A stretch of 64,000 nt of DNA from Raja brachyura (lineage: Eukaryota), in assembly GCA_963514005.1 (NCBI GenBank), contig OY740794.1, positions 17,670,001 to 17,734,000 of the forward strand, given 5' to 3'. Under the pieces are notes generated by a model. That model was given only the letters and a program-made list of their open reading frames with translations, was not told the DNA's origin and made no database searches. The position numbers and the translations under genes are program-made. Of this stretch, positions 61,122-64,000 are shown piece by piece (the first letter of the stretch is position 1; every line of letters starts with the position of its first letter).

Positions 61122-61123
61122 TA

Positions 61124-64000
61124 TCTTTGTAATCTTGATTTCCCCTCTCAAACAGGCTGCTGAAAGTAGTGTTCAAGTGCCATGTTTGTTACACATTTAA
61201 CTTTTAAAAGTAAATTATGATTGGAATGGAGAGATAGGGGTGGTGAAGAGATACAACAAATTGATTTTCTTTTCTGGGATTTAAAGTTACAAAGATTAAA
61301 ATTGCAGTGTAATGATTCCCAGAACATAAAAGCTGAGGAAGTTGACAAACAGCTACAAAACAACCTTGATTTTATCCTCCTTTTCTTGGGACTGTTACAA
61401 GTTACTAACTGATGAAATAAAATCAGCATCATATTTAAACACTTGTAACAAAATGTTTTATTTATCATATCGAGCTTGCCTATACACATCAGCAGAAAGT
61501 GCAACATTAAACTGTACTGTTTTATGAACCAGTCACTGTTCCATTGTTTAATACATAAAATGTAAAAAGTCCACATTCATCAATAAATATGATTAATGTG
61601 CTGCCATTACCTTTCTTTCACTGTACAATTTTAAACCAGTGTGATCTACATGGAAAGGCTTGAACATAACATCAAGAGCACTCATAAATGAAACACAATT
61701 TTAACACTGATAAACGTTAAAATGTTTGTGTCATAAATTGATAAAAATGTTGTAGTATTCTGAAACCAAAAAATGTACATGTATAGGAACCTAGAAATTA
61801 GGCAGTAAATAATTTGAGATTTTATGGTTTCTATAAAATAATCTTAAAAGCACTTCTACAACATCTACATCAGAAAGTGATTTTCTTCTTTGTGTTGTAT
61901 AAAATACATTGCTGTACAAGTACATATTAAGCTTTTGGTATAACTGTGTTATGGACATAATTGACTGTTGAATAAAAACTAAAATTTACATGAAATTTAT
62001 AAAATTAAGCAAAGTCATACATGTTGAGTTGGGATTTTGCATTTAGTGTAGGCTGCTCTTCCTCGGACGTTTGAAGGCAATTCACAAAGTATTGACAGAT
62101 GTGGACAAAATATAGGACCATCAGGTGACATTAAAACTTGATCAGGAATACCTTTAGAAAGACCGATCAATTAAAACACAGTAAAACACATTTAATCACA
62201 GTATTTAATCCATTTCATTGAATATTACTAGAAAATTTAAAAATTCCAAAACATAGGTACTATGTTTAAGCAATGTAAAATTCCAAAATACAAGGACCAT
62301 TCACTGTTTTGATGAGTATTAAAATAAAACTTCAGTTTTATCAAACCCCCGAACATTTAGGTGTATAAAGTATTTCAATTTTTGTATCATAAAGAATGAA
62401 GTCTACTGATTCCTACCAAGTGCAAGGCCATTGGGTTAAATACAAAACCAAGCCACACACTCATACGAGACAGACAAAAAGGAAATGTTGAATATTATAA
62501 AGAAACTGCATTAAAGCATAATATGTATGGATCAATATTTTTCTGCACCACCCCTGATCCAATGCAGCTTTTACTGGTTTAGGTACAGAAATGTGACCCA
62601 TACAATAAGGTTCTTCATGGCATATGGGGTATGACTGCAGTGTTTTGCGAAATGAAATAATCAGCTGAAAATCTATTCTTCAAAGCACTTATCCCAAAAA
62701 ATTAACAATGGCCCAATATACTTCACAAAAAAAAGCACTTTTGTTTAACAAACTAACAGTAGTCCACTTAGAAGCTGAAACAACCCATGCTGTTTACAAA
62801 CAGACGTACTGTGGCCAGTTTCAGTCATGATTAATTAAGCTCAATAAGCCTTTTTTTTAAAAATCAATTGATGCCAAAAAAAATGTGCTCAACATTTGAA
62901 GAAAGTTCTTTTGTTGAAAGGAAAATAATTTGTTGAGGCAAAGAAAGGATGTAAAAGTCCTGAACAATGAAAACTGTACATAGGCTTATATTCTATAGGT
63001 TGACCCAGAATAAAATGTCCAAAAAGGAATTAATTAAAAACAAAATCTATCTTCCACACCAAGGTACAAAACAGAAACAATTAAATGCAAGGCTCGGGTC
63101 TCTACTAATTTTATAGCCAAAAGAAAAATCTATTTGCATTAGAAGTGAATAGTTAGTACCATCACAATTTCTGTAATGCACAACCAATATTAATCCTCAA
63201 AGAATCACAAAATTTGGCAACTCTTCACTTTTGCTCACCATATATAATAAAAGGTCTAAATTGTTTTACTACATAGATTTCTGGAGGAATCATTCGTGTG
63301 ACCAATTTTGTAATTTTCCATACAGTTGCGAGGTTGTTTAAAGCTGAAAAATGTGCAACATCTTATTGCAACCGTGGGAGTTTCATTTCCATTGAGCATG
63401 ATTCAATCCCAGCATTAAAGGCAGTGTAAGAATTTTGATGTTGAAAATACAATTTTACCCAGTAGTGAAAATTCAATTTCTAGATATTGAATATCAAGTA
63501 AAGCAGACAATTAATAATGCCTGCATAACAATATATCGTAAAATAATTATGCAGTATTTTTTATTATGCTCTCCTAATCCCTTTTAATATTAATGTTGAC
63601 AGTTTTTGCTCTTGTTGGCAAAAGTCTGCCTGCTTTCTTGACGATATCATATAAGTCTGGATGATCACTATCCCACAATTTGTCCTCAAGTGATTATGAA
63701 ACCGGACTGTGCAGTGATGCAACACAGCCAATATGAGAATGGTGTCCTTGTTCAAAAAGTTGACCCAAGTTCAACCCCAGCCATTTCAATTGAACTAAAT
63801 ATAAGGTATGTCATGGAACGGGTGGCAAATGTTTCATCTGCTCTTCCTCTATGCCACCAACATCTCAGTCAATTTGATAATTGATACAAGTAAGATTTGC
63901 AAACTGGACGTTCTCACAAATCTTCCACGATAATGCAAATTACTACCCGACTAATCATTTAAAAACAGTATATGGTACTTGCTCTGATAAAATCTTTGAA
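61124..64000 (-). other. AT-rich, repeat-free tract; candidate 3' UTR of the next minus-strand gene
   Basis: No recognisable TE in ~2.9 kb, unlike the rest of the window. U-rich on the minus strand, with AATAAA on minus at ~61457-61462. The identity (XRN1 by human synteny) is inference only. Confidence 0.4.

Overview
Repeat-dense vertebrate genomic DNA. The repeat content (HE1-like V-SINEs, HER1-like CR1 LINEs, Penelope-derived repeats) points to a cartilaginous fish, probably a skate or ray (inference). One host gene is supported: the first five coding exons of glycerol kinase 5 (GK5) on the minus strand. All splice sites are canonical GT-AG, the phases are consistent, intron 1 is about 27 kb, and a CpG island lies at about 46.7-47.65 kb. 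Upstream of GK5, a near full-length CR1 carries a complete DIRS1-type tyrosine-recombinase retrotransposon (50131-55036) with ITRs, an internal complementary region, an ATT crossover core, and gag-RT-RNaseH, Dam-like methyltransferase and recombinase ORFs. The introns hold nested Tc1 > L2 > (Tx1, CR1, GC-rich retroposon) stacks, Rex1/Babar, L1 and RTE fragments, a Harbinger-type MITE and many Penelope-derived repeats with a minimal hammerhead-ribozyme-like core. The most unusual item is a 615-bp insertion, bounded by a target-site duplication, that consists of about 1.6 tandem copies of a 393-nt hammerhead-bearing monomer (retrozyme-like). The last ~2.9 kb is AT-rich and free of recognisable repeats, plausibly the 3' UTR of the next minus-strand gene. 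All calls were made by eye; element boundaries without TSD/TIR evidence are approximate.
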